Source: Halieaceae bacterium | Lineage (GTDB): Bacteria; Pseudomonadota; Gammaproteobacteria; Pseudomonadales; Halieaceae | Direction of reading: 5' to 3' | DNA: 42,386 nt | Assembly (NCBI GenBank): GCA_011524755.1 | Contig: WTJR01000115.1 | Span: 1-42,386, forward strand | Shown here: positions 32,544-41,593 of the stretch, in pieces | Numbering within the stretch: position 1 is the stretch's first letter | Layout: the number at the start of each line of letters is the position of its first letter | The notes under the pieces: generated by a model | Seen by the model: the letters and a program-made list of their open reading frames with translations, nothing else | The model's database searches: none | Told to the model about the DNA's origin: nothing | Made by a program: the position numbers and the translations under genes

Positions 32544-34352
32544 ATGTCTGATTCGCTACAACAACAATCTCGCCTTAAGCAACTGATTGCAAAAGGCAAA
32601 GAGCAAGGCTACCTGACGTATGCCGAGGTGAACGATCACCTTCCTCAGGATATTTCAGAACCGGACCAGGTCGAAGACATCATTCAGATGATCAATGACA
32701 TGGGCATTCAGGTGTTCGAACAGGCGCCTGATGCCGATGAACTGTTGTTAACAGAGGGCGATCGCTCAGCAGACGAAATCGCTGCTGCCGAGGCCGCAGC
32801 CGCACTGGCCGCCGTTGAGAACGAGGCGGGAAGAACCACTGATCCTGTGCGCATGTACATGCGCGAAATGGGCACCGTCGAACTTCTAACGCGTGAAGGC
32901 GAAATCGTTATTGCCAAGCGTATCGAGGAAGGCATTCGTGAACTGATGGCTGCCTTGGCCTTTTATCCGGGCATTGCTCGCAAACTGTGCGATGAGTACG
33001 ACCTGGTTGCCAAAGAAGAGCGGAAGCTCGCCGACATTCTGGTGGGTTATCTTGACCCGGCTGACCACGTGCCCTCAGCGCAGGAAATTGCGGAGCAGAA
33101 CGCGAACAACAACAGCGACGATTCTGAGGAAACAGCCGATACAGGCCCCGATCCTGTTGAAGCGAAAAAGCGTTTCACGGCATTGAAGCGCCAGTGCACG
33201 AAGACAGAGAAGACGCTGGAAGAAAAAGGCTACGACAGCAAAGAAGCTCAGAAAGAGATGGCCAAGCTGGGTGAACTCTTTAAGTTCTTCAAGCTGACGC
33301 CGCGCGTATTTGATCCACTGGTTGAAACACCCAGAGCAGTGCTGGCTATCGTCCGAGAGTCGGAGCGAGAACTCATGCGTATTGTGGTGCGCGAGTGCCG
33401 CATGGATCGTAAAGATTTCATCAAGAGCTTCCAGGGGTCGGAAAGCAACCTCAAGTGGATTGACGGTGCGACCAAAAAGGCAGACGTCGCCGAGCGCTTG
33501 GCAAATTATCGAGAAGACATTGTCCGACTGCAGAAACGCATTGCCATTATCGAGGACGAAGTCGGCCTATCCACGCTCGAGATCAAAGAGATTAACCGTC
33601 GCATGAGCATGGGCGAGGCGCGTGCGCGGCGGGCGAAGAAGGAAATGGTAGAAGCCAACCTTCGACTGGTTATTTCCATTGCAAAGAAATACACCAACCG
33701 CGGCCTTCAGTTCCTGGACCTCATCCAAGAGGGAAATATTGGTCTCATGAAGGCAGTTGATAAGTTTGAATATCGACGCGGCTACAAATTCTCTACCTAC
33801 GCGACGTGGTGGATTCGTCAGGCGATCACTCGATCGATTGCCGACCAGGCGCGCACCATTCGAATTCCTGTGCACATGATCGAAACGATCAACAAACTCA
33901 ATCGAATCTCTCGTCAGATGTTGCAGGAGATGGGTCGTGAGCCTACGCCTGAAGAGCTGGGTGAGCGCATGGACATGCCGGAAGACAAGGTGCGTAAGGT
34001 CCTGAAAATCGCTAAAGAGCCCATCTCGATGGAGACACCCATTGGCGATGATGAAGATTCGCATCTTGGCGATTTCATTGAGGACGTCACGATCGCAAGT
34101 CCCGTTGATGCCGCCACCGACGAAGGCCTGACCGAAGCGACGCGTGAAGTCCTAGGCGGTCTGACTGCCAGAGAGGCCAAGGTGCTCCGTATGCGGTTCG
34201 GCATCGATATGAATACGGACCACACGCTTGAGGAAGTCGGTAAGCAGTTTGACGTGACTCGTGAGCGTATTCGTCAGATTGAAGCCAAGGCGCTGCGAAA
34301 ACTTCGCCACCCGACTCGGTCTGATTACCTGAGAAGCTTCCTCGACGACTGA
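32544..34352 (+). CDS. rpoD: RNA polymerase sigma factor RpoD
   Basis: ATG 32544; region 1.1 [69 protein letters not shown]. Confidence 0.98.
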   Translation: MSDSLQQQSRLKQLIAKGKEQGYLTYAEVNDHLPQDISEPDQVEDIIQMINDMGIQVFEQAPDADELLLTEGDRSADEIAAAEAAAALAAVENEAGRTTDPVRMYMREMGTVELLTREGEIVIAKRIEEGIRELMAALAFYPGIARKLCDEYDLVAKEERKLADILVGYLDPADHVPSAQEIAEQNANNNSDDSEETADTGPDPVEAKKRFTALKRQCTKTEKTLEEKGYDSKEAQKEMAKLGELFKFFKLTPRVFDPLVETPRAVLAIVRESERELMRIVVRECRMDRKDFIKSFQGSESNLKWIDGATKKADVAERLANYREDIVRLQKRIAIIEDEVGLSTLEIKEINRRMSMGEARARRAKKEMVEANLRLVISIAKKYTNRGLQFLDLIQEGNIGLMKAVDKFEYRRGYKFSTYATWWIRQAITRSIADQARTIRIPVHMIETINKLNRISRQMLQEMGREPTPEELGERMDMPEDKVRKVLKIAKEPISMETPIGDDEDSHLGDFIEDVTIASPVDAATDEGLTEATREVLGGLTAREAKVLRMRFGIDMNTDHTLEEVGKQFDVTRERIRQIEAKALRKLRHPTRSDYLRSFLDD

Positions 34353-34382
34353 GTCGTCTGAGCGGCGGGTTGTTCTAAAGCG

Positions 34383-34847
34383 CTATTGATACAGCCGAAT
34401 CCCGTAGGCGCGCCTCAACTCGTCTAGTGGCGTATTCATCATGTCCTCGGTGACGTCTGAATGCGGCCACTTGGCCGACATACTTCGGACGCGACGAAGC
34501 CAGATCCAGAAAAACAATGGTAGGTAATACGTCAGCAAAAGCGTATAGGCTTTCAGCCGTCCACCCATTAGCTGAACGCCTTCCTCGTTAAGCATCTGCA
34601 CGTCTGGATCCATTGCATAGGCCTTTATCTCGTCTCGATTGATGGTCGTGCCAAAGAGAATCCATGGCTTCAAAAGAATCTCTCCCTGAAGCGACGTATC
34701 GCATCCAAACAGGACATGAGTGAGATCGTGATCTACGAACATCTTACCTTTGCGTTGCGATACCACAGCCACTTCTGGCGCGTGCCGATACAACTCCTCA
34801 AGGCCATCGCGCAGGGTTAAACGACAATCTTGTTGCATGAACTGCAT
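34383..34847 (-). CDS. Hypothetical protein with Coq4-like metal-binding motif
   Basis: HDLTHVLFGCDTSLQGE fits HDxxH-x11-E. The C-terminal 'MNTPLDELRRAYGI' resembles Coq4-family endings. Confidence 0.6.
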   Translation of the reverse strand: MQFMQQDCRLTLRDGLEELYRHAPEVAVVSQRKGKMFVDHDLTHVLFGCDTSLQGEILLKPWILFGTTINRDEIKAYAMDPDVQMLNEEGVQLMGGRLKAYTLLLTYYLPLFFWIWLRRVRSMSAKWPHSDVTEDMMNTPLDELRRAYGIRLYQ

Positions 34848-35140
34848 ACCGCCCCCCGTCTTTTTTCTTTCAGCCTAGCGCGTTTGATTGCGCACTGCAC
34901 CCTCGCAAAGCCCTCACCCCAGAAGGCCTGAATCCTCGCAAAGCCTGTACCGTGAAAAAGGAAGGTGAGATTGAGACTACACGCAGCGGCAGAAACACGA
35001 CTGACTTAGTAGTGGCAGTCCTCGGATCAATTTAGTCTCGAGGCGCGTTTTCGATGAAGAGCTTTTTATAAAGAGCGCTTTTTCTATCAAGAGCACCGTT
35101 TATACTTAAAGACTGAATCCAAGGTACAAGAAGCTGGCAC

Positions 35141-35758
35141 ATGAAATTAAGCCAAAAGCTCGCCGCACTGCTCCTAGCTATCAGCGCGTTATCTGCGACT
35201 TCGTTAGCTGATGACGCATACCAGACGCATTGTGCCTCGTGCCATGGCGCATCAGGCGCCGGCAACCCGTCATTAGGGGCGCCGAACTTGACGCTTTTTT
35301 CTAATGCGTACCTAGAGCGTCAGTTGCGGGGCTTCCAGGAGGGATGGCGAGATACAACCGACCCCTACACTCAGTCGATGAGCGCAGCAGTCGGTGCCTT
35401 GGATGCTGGTGTCGTTGCTGAGGCATTACTCGCGATTGATCAGCTTCCTGATTCACGAGAAATTTCGGTGGCCAAAGCCGCAGCAGGCGACACGGATCGC
35501 GGCGCGGACTTGTACACTGCCTACTGTGGTGCCTGTCATGGAACAAATGCAGGTGGTAATGACGCATTGGGTGCACCCAGTTTATTGGGGCTCGATGCCG
35601 ACTACTTGGCACGTCAGTACCGTCATTTTAGTGAGGGCCGGCGTGGCTTCCATGCCGATGATCGCTATGGGAAGCAAATGAACCGGCTATCGCGCTCGCT
35701 CAAAGACCCATCCCTCATCGATGATGTCAGTGCTTATGTGGCGCAGCTGTCTCAGTAA
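35141..35758 (+). CDS. Diheme cytochrome c (c4/c553-type)
   Basis: Signal peptide; two repeated domains (CASCHG..APNL..YLERQL..QSM and CGACHG..APSL..YLARQY..KQM). Confidence 0.88.
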   Translation: MKLSQKLAALLLAISALSATSLADDAYQTHCASCHGASGAGNPSLGAPNLTLFSNAYLERQLRGFQEGWRDTTDPYTQSMSAAVGALDAGVVAEALLAIDQLPDSREISVAKAAAGDTDRGADLYTAYCGACHGTNAGGNDALGAPSLLGLDADYLARQYRHFSEGRRGFHADDRYGKQMNRLSRSLKDPSLIDDVSAYVAQLSQ

Positions 35759-36956
35759 ACTTTCGCTGCTTAGCCCGAGAGCGAGAGCCCTCGGGCTCTG
35801 CACTTTTTTTCTTTGGCTACCGCAGTCACTAACGGCAGACGAACACCGCCATTCATTTGAGCTAGCCACTGCGTGCCCCGCCGGTTTCAAACTTACCGAG
35901 GAGCGTCGTTGCGAGCTCAATAGCTTGTACGATAATTATCGTTCGCCACACGATAGTGGTGTGGGCGGTCCTCGAGCGGGCCTACCCAAGATTCGCGATG
36001 GTTTTTCACCACAGGTCATTGATCTCGGCCGTTATCTCTTCTTCGACCCCCTGCTTTCGGCAGATAACAGCATTGCCTGCTCGAGCTGCCATGACCCCGA
36101 TTATGGCTTCGCCGACGGACTTGGACGGGCGAGGGGAATTAACAAGGCCGTGCTCGACCGCTCTGCGCCCAGTTTGTGGAACATTGGCTTTTTCGACACG
36201 CTGCTTTGGGATGGCAGTAAATCCTCGCTCGAGGAGCAATTGATTGGTCCACTCTATGCTGACAATGAAATGGGGAATCGACCCGACCAGCTGATTGCTG
36301 ACCTGCGATCTAATGCAATCTACCAAGACCTATTCACGGTCGCTTTTGGGCCGGGCGAGATACAACTCGATCAGGTGTACACGGCCATAACCGCATTTGA
36401 ATCGTCGCTCGTCTCGCTCAACAGCCGATACGATTTTTACGCGCACGGCCTTCAAACTGCGCTGTCACCCAGCGAACTCGAAGGGCTCAACGTGTTCCGT
36501 TCATTCGTTTCTCGCTGCGGTGAATGCCATACACCACCGCTGTTTAGTAATCAGGAGATTGCCATCATCGGCGTGCCTGAACCTGAGGGGCGGCCCTTTG
36601 ATCCGGGTGCTGGAGCAACCTCTGGCATTCCCAGTCAGCGCGGAGGGTTTAGGGTTCCGAGCTTACGCAACATCGCAAAAACAGCACCCTATATGCACCA
36701 AGGCAACTTCGAATCACTCAGGGATACCGTTGCGTTCTATAACGGTGGGAGAGGCCATGCAGTCCCTGAGGACGAGAATTTACTGATTCACTGGCACATT
36801 TGGGACCCTGACTTGCGCGAGGAAGAACTCGACAGACTCGTCGATTTCCTCCACGCTCTGACGGATGAGGGCTTTATGCCCGAAATACCTAAGCGCCTGC
36901 CCTCTGGGTTAACTCCGGGCCGCGCAATGAACAGGAATAACCTGACATCGAGGTAA
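35721..36956 (+). CDS. Diheme cytochrome c peroxidase/MauG superfamily protein
   Basis: LGRYLFFDPLLS..CSSCH, RSAPSLWN, WDG, CGECH, FRVPSLRNIAKTAPYMHQG, LVDFLHALTD. Start uncertain (35721, 35724 or 35736). Confidence 0.88.
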   Translation: MMSVLMWRSCLSKLSLLSPRARALGLCTFFLWLPQSLTADEHRHSFELATACPAGFKLTEERRCELNSLYDNYRSPHDSGVGGPRAGLPKIRDGFSPQVIDLGRYLFFDPLLSADNSIACSSCHDPDYGFADGLGRARGINKAVLDRSAPSLWNIGFFDTLLWDGSKSSLEEQLIGPLYADNEMGNRPDQLIADLRSNAIYQDLFTVAFGPGEIQLDQVYTAITAFESSLVSLNSRYDFYAHGLQTALSPSELEGLNVFRSFVSRCGECHTPPLFSNQEIAIIGVPEPEGRPFDPGAGATSGIPSQRGGFRVPSLRNIAKTAPYMHQGNFESLRDTVAFYNGGRGHAVPEDENLLIHWHIWDPDLREEELDRLVDFLHALTDEGFMPEIPKRLPSGLTPGRAMNRNNLTSR

Positions 36957-36961
36957 GAATA

Positions 36962-38422
36962 ATGATTAGAAAGACCATTTTGAGGGGGCTATGTTTAAGA
37001 GGGCTGTGGCTTTACTGCATCGCTTTTAGCAGTCTGGCAATCGGTGCGATTCACGAAGTAAAAGACGGCGAATCCATACAGGCGGCCGTGGCCAAGGCAA
37101 AGGCCGGTGACACAATCAAAGTTTTCCCAGGTACGTACCACGAGACTATCTATGTCGATAAAGATGACATCTCGCTCATCGGCATCGTTGAAAACGGCGA
37201 ATGGCCTCACCTCGATGGCGAAAAAATATTGAACGACGCCATTTTGTATTCAGGGAATGGTTTCAGTGTCGAGTGGTTCAAGATCACGAAGTACAAGGGC
37301 AATGCCATCATGGGGCAGTCGGGTAACAACTTCTCGATTCGCAATAACTGGGTCATTGATACCGGTCTGTATGGCATCTTTCCAGAATTCGGTCACAACG
37401 GGCTCATCGAAAACAATATTCTGAGCGGGATCGAGGATGCTGCCATCTACGTCGGCATGTCTGATTACATCGACGTTCGAAATAATCAGGTATTCGATAA
37501 CGTTGCGGGCATCGAAGTAGAAAACAGCCGGCATGTGTTGGTTGAAGGCAACGTGGCACGAAACAACACTGGCGGTATCTTGGTGTTCATTACGCCGGGG
37601 CTGCCCATCAAGTCGTCTTACGACGCCATTGTCCGACGCAACTTCGTCACCAATAACAATACACCCAACTTCGCCATCCCCGGTTCGCTGGTGGCAGGTA
37701 TCCCATCGGGAACGGGTATTCTGGTGATGTCTGGCGATAAAGTCGTTATCGAAGACAACATCATCACCGGCAATAACACAGGCGGGATTATCGTAACCAG
37801 CGGTGACTTCGTAACAGAGGTAGCCAGCGACAAGGATTCAGACCCCCACTCCGATCAGGTCGAAATACGCAACAACGTCATGTTCGATAACGGGAATGAC
37901 CCTGATGGTGAAATGAAACTGCTGATGCTGAGCAAGTTCAGCACCAAAGGCCCGGACATCCTGGCGTATCAAAGCGCCACCGAGAAGGAGCGTGGAAGTT
38001 GTATCTCCAGGCGCGAGGCCTACCGATCGTACGGGCTTGAGGAATGGGCAGACTGCGATGCGCCAACTGTGCGAGCAGCCGATGCGGTTGCCTCTGCCTC
38101 TGATATTGGTACCACACGACAGCTCACCACAAAAATGCTGGAGGCACCGGCCGATCCTAGAATCATCACCGCGGATGCCGGCGGCGCCGAAGTGGTCTAC
38201 AACGGGATTTGCGCCGGCTGCCATGCCTACAACGTACGACTGATCGGACCACCCGCCCTTGTGATTCAAGCGCAGTACGGTGACGACGCTCAGGCGATCG
38301 CTGACTATGTAGCTGAGCCTGTAAGGCGACGGCCCGACTTCCCGAGCATGCCACCTCAAGGGCATATTTCGGAAGAGATGAGGCTACTGGTGGCCGAGTA
38401 CATGCTAGGGCTAGACGGGTGA
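36962..38422 (+). CDS. Secreted parallel (right-handed) beta-helix protein fused to a C-terminal class I cytochrome c
   Basis: Signal peptide; SIQAAV..AKAGDTIKVFPGTY cap; Asn-ladder repeats (YGIFP, DAAIYVG, NVAGIEVENS, NNTGGILVF, GTGILV); C-terminal CAGCH..LIGP..MPPQ. Confidence 0.85.
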   Translation: MIRKTILRGLCLRGLWLYCIAFSSLAIGAIHEVKDGESIQAAVAKAKAGDTIKVFPGTYHETIYVDKDDISLIGIVENGEWPHLDGEKILNDAILYSGNGFSVEWFKITKYKGNAIMGQSGNNFSIRNNWVIDTGLYGIFPEFGHNGLIENNILSGIEDAAIYVGMSDYIDVRNNQVFDNVAGIEVENSRHVLVEGNVARNNTGGILVFITPGLPIKSSYDAIVRRNFVTNNNTPNFAIPGSLVAGIPSGTGILVMSGDKVVIEDNIITGNNTGGIIVTSGDFVTEVASDKDSDPHSDQVEIRNNVMFDNGNDPDGEMKLLMLSKFSTKGPDILAYQSATEKERGSCISRREAYRSYGLEEWADCDAPTVRAADAVASASDIGTTRQLTTKMLEAPADPRIITADAGGAEVVYNGICAGCHAYNVRLIGPPALVIQAQYGDDAQAIADYVAEPVRRRPDFPSMPPQGHISEEMRLLVAEYMLGLDG

Positions 38423-39618
38423 ATTTAATCGCGGTGCAAGACGAGGCACCGCACCGAAAACTCTGCACCGATTGTGGTGTCAGTCGAACGGATGATCCCG
38501 GTCGCTGCGGATACGCCTGCCAATTTATCAATCCCGACTACCCTCGATTAGAGCAGAGGACCCATGGCCGTCTGCGTGGAACCGAGGGTGACATTGAGCC
38601 CTTTTTTGGTGTCATCGAGGAGATGCATCAAGCAGCATTAAAACCTGCGCGCCAGGGTGCGCAGTGGACTGGTATAACAACACGTCTTGGAGAGGAGCTG
38701 CTGGCCTCGGGTGAGGTCACGGCAGTGCTTTGCGTTGGCCCCGACCCAGAAGACAAATGGCGCCCCGTACCCCGACTCATTACTGCTACGGAGGACATGG
38801 CGACATGCAGAGGCATGCGGATGGGCTATGCACCGCTGTTGGAACTGCTGGAACCAGCGATTGCAGCGGGTCACAAACGGCTCGCGGTGATTGGCATACC
38901 CTGCCAGATTTACGCGCTTCGAGCCCTTGAACCGGAGCTAGCCCTCGAGCACTTGGTGGTCATTGGTACACCCTGCTCCGATAACACCACGACAGAGAAT
39001 TTTCACGAATTCCTCTCGCTGCTCGATGATGATCCCGAGCAGATTAACTACCTCGAATTTATGCCGGACTTTCACGTGGAACTCCGCTATGAAACCGGCT
39101 CAAAGCGACGCATACCGTTCCTGCAACTTCCTATCGCCGACTTGCGCGATGACTTTTTCCCCTTAACCTGTCGTACCTGTGTCGATTACGTGAATACGTT
39201 GTCAGACATTACTGTGGGCTATATGGGCGGACGTGGCGAGCAGTGGCTGCTCGTTCGAAATCAGCGCGGCAAGGCAGTGCTGGAGCATATCCAGTCAGAG
39301 TTGTCCCTGACCTCACCGACATCATCTGGAAAACGGTACTCGGCCGTCAAAGGCTTCATAGAGAATACGCGCAGAGCGACAGGCGGCTTGCCTCTGCGAA
39401 AGATGCCACAGTGGCTTCGGCCCATTGTGGGGAAAATCATGCCGCTCACCGGCCCGAAGGGTCTTGAGTTCGCGAGGACCCGACTTGAGATGAAGGCCGC
39501 GGAATCGATCCTACATTTGCGACGTGCAGCACCGAAGCGCTTGCGCACCATGATCCCTGAGCACGTTTGGAAACTTGCCGAGCCCTACGGCATCACCGCT
39601 CAAGAAGACGAACGCTGA
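38419..39618 (+). CDS. bciB: F420 hydrogenase beta-subunit-family Fe-S flavoprotein, probably ferredoxin-dependent 8-vinyl (divinyl chlorophyllide) reductase BciB
   Basis: LCTDCGVSR..CGYACQF, GAQWTGITT, GIPCQ, GTPCSDN, YLEFMPDFHVE, CRTCVDYVNTLSDITVGYMG, GPKGLEFAR. These are typical of the BciB/HCAR branch rather than archaeal FrhB; no hydrogenase genes nearby. Confidence 0.7.
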   Translation: MNLIAVQDEAPHRKLCTDCGVSRTDDPGRCGYACQFINPDYPRLEQRTHGRLRGTEGDIEPFFGVIEEMHQAALKPARQGAQWTGITTRLGEELLASGEVTAVLCVGPDPEDKWRPVPRLITATEDMATCRGMRMGYAPLLELLEPAIAAGHKRLAVIGIPCQIYALRALEPELALEHLVVIGTPCSDNTTTENFHEFLSLLDDDPEQINYLEFMPDFHVELRYETGSKRRIPFLQLPIADLRDDFFPLTCRTCVDYVNTLSDITVGYMGGRGEQWLLVRNQRGKAVLEHIQSELSLTSPTSSGKRYSAVKGFIENTRRATGGLPLRKMPQWLRPIVGKIMPLTGPKGLEFARTRLEMKAAESILHLRRAAPKRLRTMIPEHVWKLAEPYGITAQEDER

Positions 39619-39672
39619 TCCATCCCTCCCACGACCCTGTAAAAACAGCTCCTACCTGTTAAGGAGTCCATC

Positions 39673-40233
39673 GTGGAAGGACACACAGTTGCCTACTCTC
39701 AGAGCACCATTATCGAACTGATGGTGCCCAGCTACGCCAACTTTGGCGGCAAGGTACATGGTGGCACGCTGATGTCCTTAATGGACAAAGTAGCTTACGT
39801 CTGTGCCAGTAAGCATGCGGGCAACTATTGCGTGACCGTATCGGTGGATAACGTGGAATTCCTCCAGCCCGTCGAGGTTGGGGAGGTCATCAAACTCATG
39901 GGATCCGTCAACTATGTAGGTCGCAAGTCACTCGTAGTAGGTATCAAAGTAGTGGCGGAAAATCTACAAGCAGGAATCAGTAAGCACACTAACACCTGCT
40001 ACTTCACCATGGTTGCCAAAAGCGCCGATGGCAATACGGCCGAGGTGCCACCCCTGATTCTGAAATCTCACGATGACGTACGGCGGTTCTTAAGTGCATT
40101 GCAACGCAAGCGCCTCCGGATGCAGGACAACGAGTTTATGGACAAATACCGGCAAGACTTCGTTTATGATACGGCGTCGGCGGAGCTGTTACATGACCAG
40201 CGCTGCCATGTACTGCTTGATGCAGAAAAATAA
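39673..40233 (+). CDS. Acyl-CoA thioesterase (hotdog fold)
   Basis: AAGGAG RBS + GTG; PSYANFGGKVHGG.LM.LMD, CVTVSVD.VEFLQPV.VGE, YFTMVA. Confidence 0.88.
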   Translation: MEGHTVAYSQSTIIELMVPSYANFGGKVHGGTLMSLMDKVAYVCASKHAGNYCVTVSVDNVEFLQPVEVGEVIKLMGSVNYVGRKSLVVGIKVVAENLQAGISKHTNTCYFTMVAKSADGNTAEVPPLILKSHDDVRRFLSALQRKRLRMQDNEFMDKYRQDFVYDTASAELLHDQRCHVLLDAEK

Positions 40234-40252
40234 ATAAACTCGGAGTAAGCCA

Positions 40253-41536
40253 ATGCTTAGTCAGCCCCTGACACTGCCCTGCGGCGCGGTGGTACCTAAT
40301 CGTATGTGCAAAGCTGCCATGACGGAGGGTCTAGCGCATCCCGATGGGACAGCATCAGCAGAACTAGAGCGGCTCTACGGTATTTGGAGTGATGGCGGCT
40401 CCGGCATCCTGCTCTCCGGCAATATTCAGGTCGATGGTGATCACCTCGAACGACCAGGGAATGTGATTGTCGACAGCGCACTATCCGATAATGCATTCGC
40501 GGCACTGCAGAGAATGGCAGCCGCTGGCACACGTAACGGCAATCATTTGTGGGCTCAAATAAGCCATGCCGGCAGGCAAACACAGAAAATCGTCAATCCA
40601 GCACCTAAGGCCCCCTCTGCTGTTCGATTGCGTTTGCCGCAGAGTCAGTTTGGAGAGCCAGTTGCGCTGACCGCGGAAGAGATCGAATCGATTGTTGAGC
40701 GCTTCGTAAATTGCGCGGTTACCTGCAAAGAAGCGGGCTTTACCGGGGTGCAGTTTCACTCCGCACACGGCTACCTGCTCTCTCAGTTCTTGAGCCCGCT
40801 AACGAATCAACGTGAGGATGAGTGGGGAGGTACATTGGAAAATCGCGCTCGAGCCCTCATTGCCATCGTGACTAAAGCGCGCGAGGCTCTCGGGGCCGAC
40901 TTCCCCATTTCTGTGAAACTTAATAGCGCAGACTTCCAGAAAGGTGGTTTTGATTTTGATGACTCCTTAACGGTGGCCAAGTGGCTAGCGGATGCGGGCG
41001 TTGATCTACTGGAAATTTCCGGTGGCACCTACGAGCAGCCACGATTGCTCAATCTGGATGGTGTCGAGCCTATCGAAGAGCAGTCACTTGCCAGAAGCAC
41101 ACTGGCACGAGAGGCCTATTTTGTTGATTTTGCGAAGGCCATGCGTGAAGAGCTCTCCATACCCATCATGGTGACAGGTGGTCTTCGTCGCAGAGAAGTC
41201 ATGAATCACGTGTTAGAGACAGGCGGTGCCGACATGATTGGCTTGGGCCGCCCTCTGTGTGTTGATGCGGACGGCCCGAACCGATTGTTGAACGGAGAAG
41301 ACGAGCTCGCTCGCTACGAAGACAATCTCTCCTTACTTCCCAGCTGGCTCATGTGGCTGACGAGGTTCAATGCAGTACGGACCATCAATTCGTTTGCGAC
41401 GCAGTTTTGGTTCTACGAGCAGATAGCCAATATCGGTCGAACGGGCGCTACCGACCCAAAGCTCACTGTTTTCTCCGCAACGATGGCGCAGCAAAAAGCC
41501 GCTTCAGCCTGGATGACAGCTAGACAGGGTGGATAG
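40253..41536 (+). CDS. NADH:flavin oxidoreductase (Old Yellow Enzyme family)
   Basis: NRMCKAAMTE, QISHAGRQ, GFTGVQFHSAHGYLLSQFLSP..N.R.DEWGG.LENR, KLNSADF, EISGG, GLGRP. Confidence 0.92.
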   Translation: MLSQPLTLPCGAVVPNRMCKAAMTEGLAHPDGTASAELERLYGIWSDGGSGILLSGNIQVDGDHLERPGNVIVDSALSDNAFAALQRMAAAGTRNGNHLWAQISHAGRQTQKIVNPAPKAPSAVRLRLPQSQFGEPVALTAEEIESIVERFVNCAVTCKEAGFTGVQFHSAHGYLLSQFLSPLTNQREDEWGGTLENRARALIAIVTKAREALGADFPISVKLNSADFQKGGFDFDDSLTVAKWLADAGVDLLEISGGTYEQPRLLNLDGVEPIEEQSLARSTLAREAYFVDFAKAMREELSIPIMVTGGLRRREVMNHVLETGGADMIGLGRPLCVDADGPNRLLNGEDELARYEDNLSLLPSWLMWLTRFNAVRTINSFATQFWFYEQIANIGRTGATDPKLTVFSATMAQQKAASAWMTARQGG

Positions 41537-41593
41537 GAAAGTTCGAAAGAGAGAACAGCTGCTCTTATTAGAGGTGAGGCCGGGGTAAACGCT

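Noticed and set aside
35721-36956. True MauG (methylamine utilisation) or methanobactin MbnH
   Set aside because: No mauABDE, MbnP-like or TonB-receptor neighbours are present.
38419-39618. F420-reducing hydrogenase
   Set aside because: No NiFe large or small subunits or maturation genes are present, and the motifs fit the BciB/HCAR branch.
753-41174. Many 60-175 aa antisense or alternate-frame ORFs in the track (e.g. 9983..10420, 22547..23032, 33567..34064, 37838..38365)
   Set aside because: They are shadows of well-supported genes, have no recognisable motifs, and are expected at this GC content.
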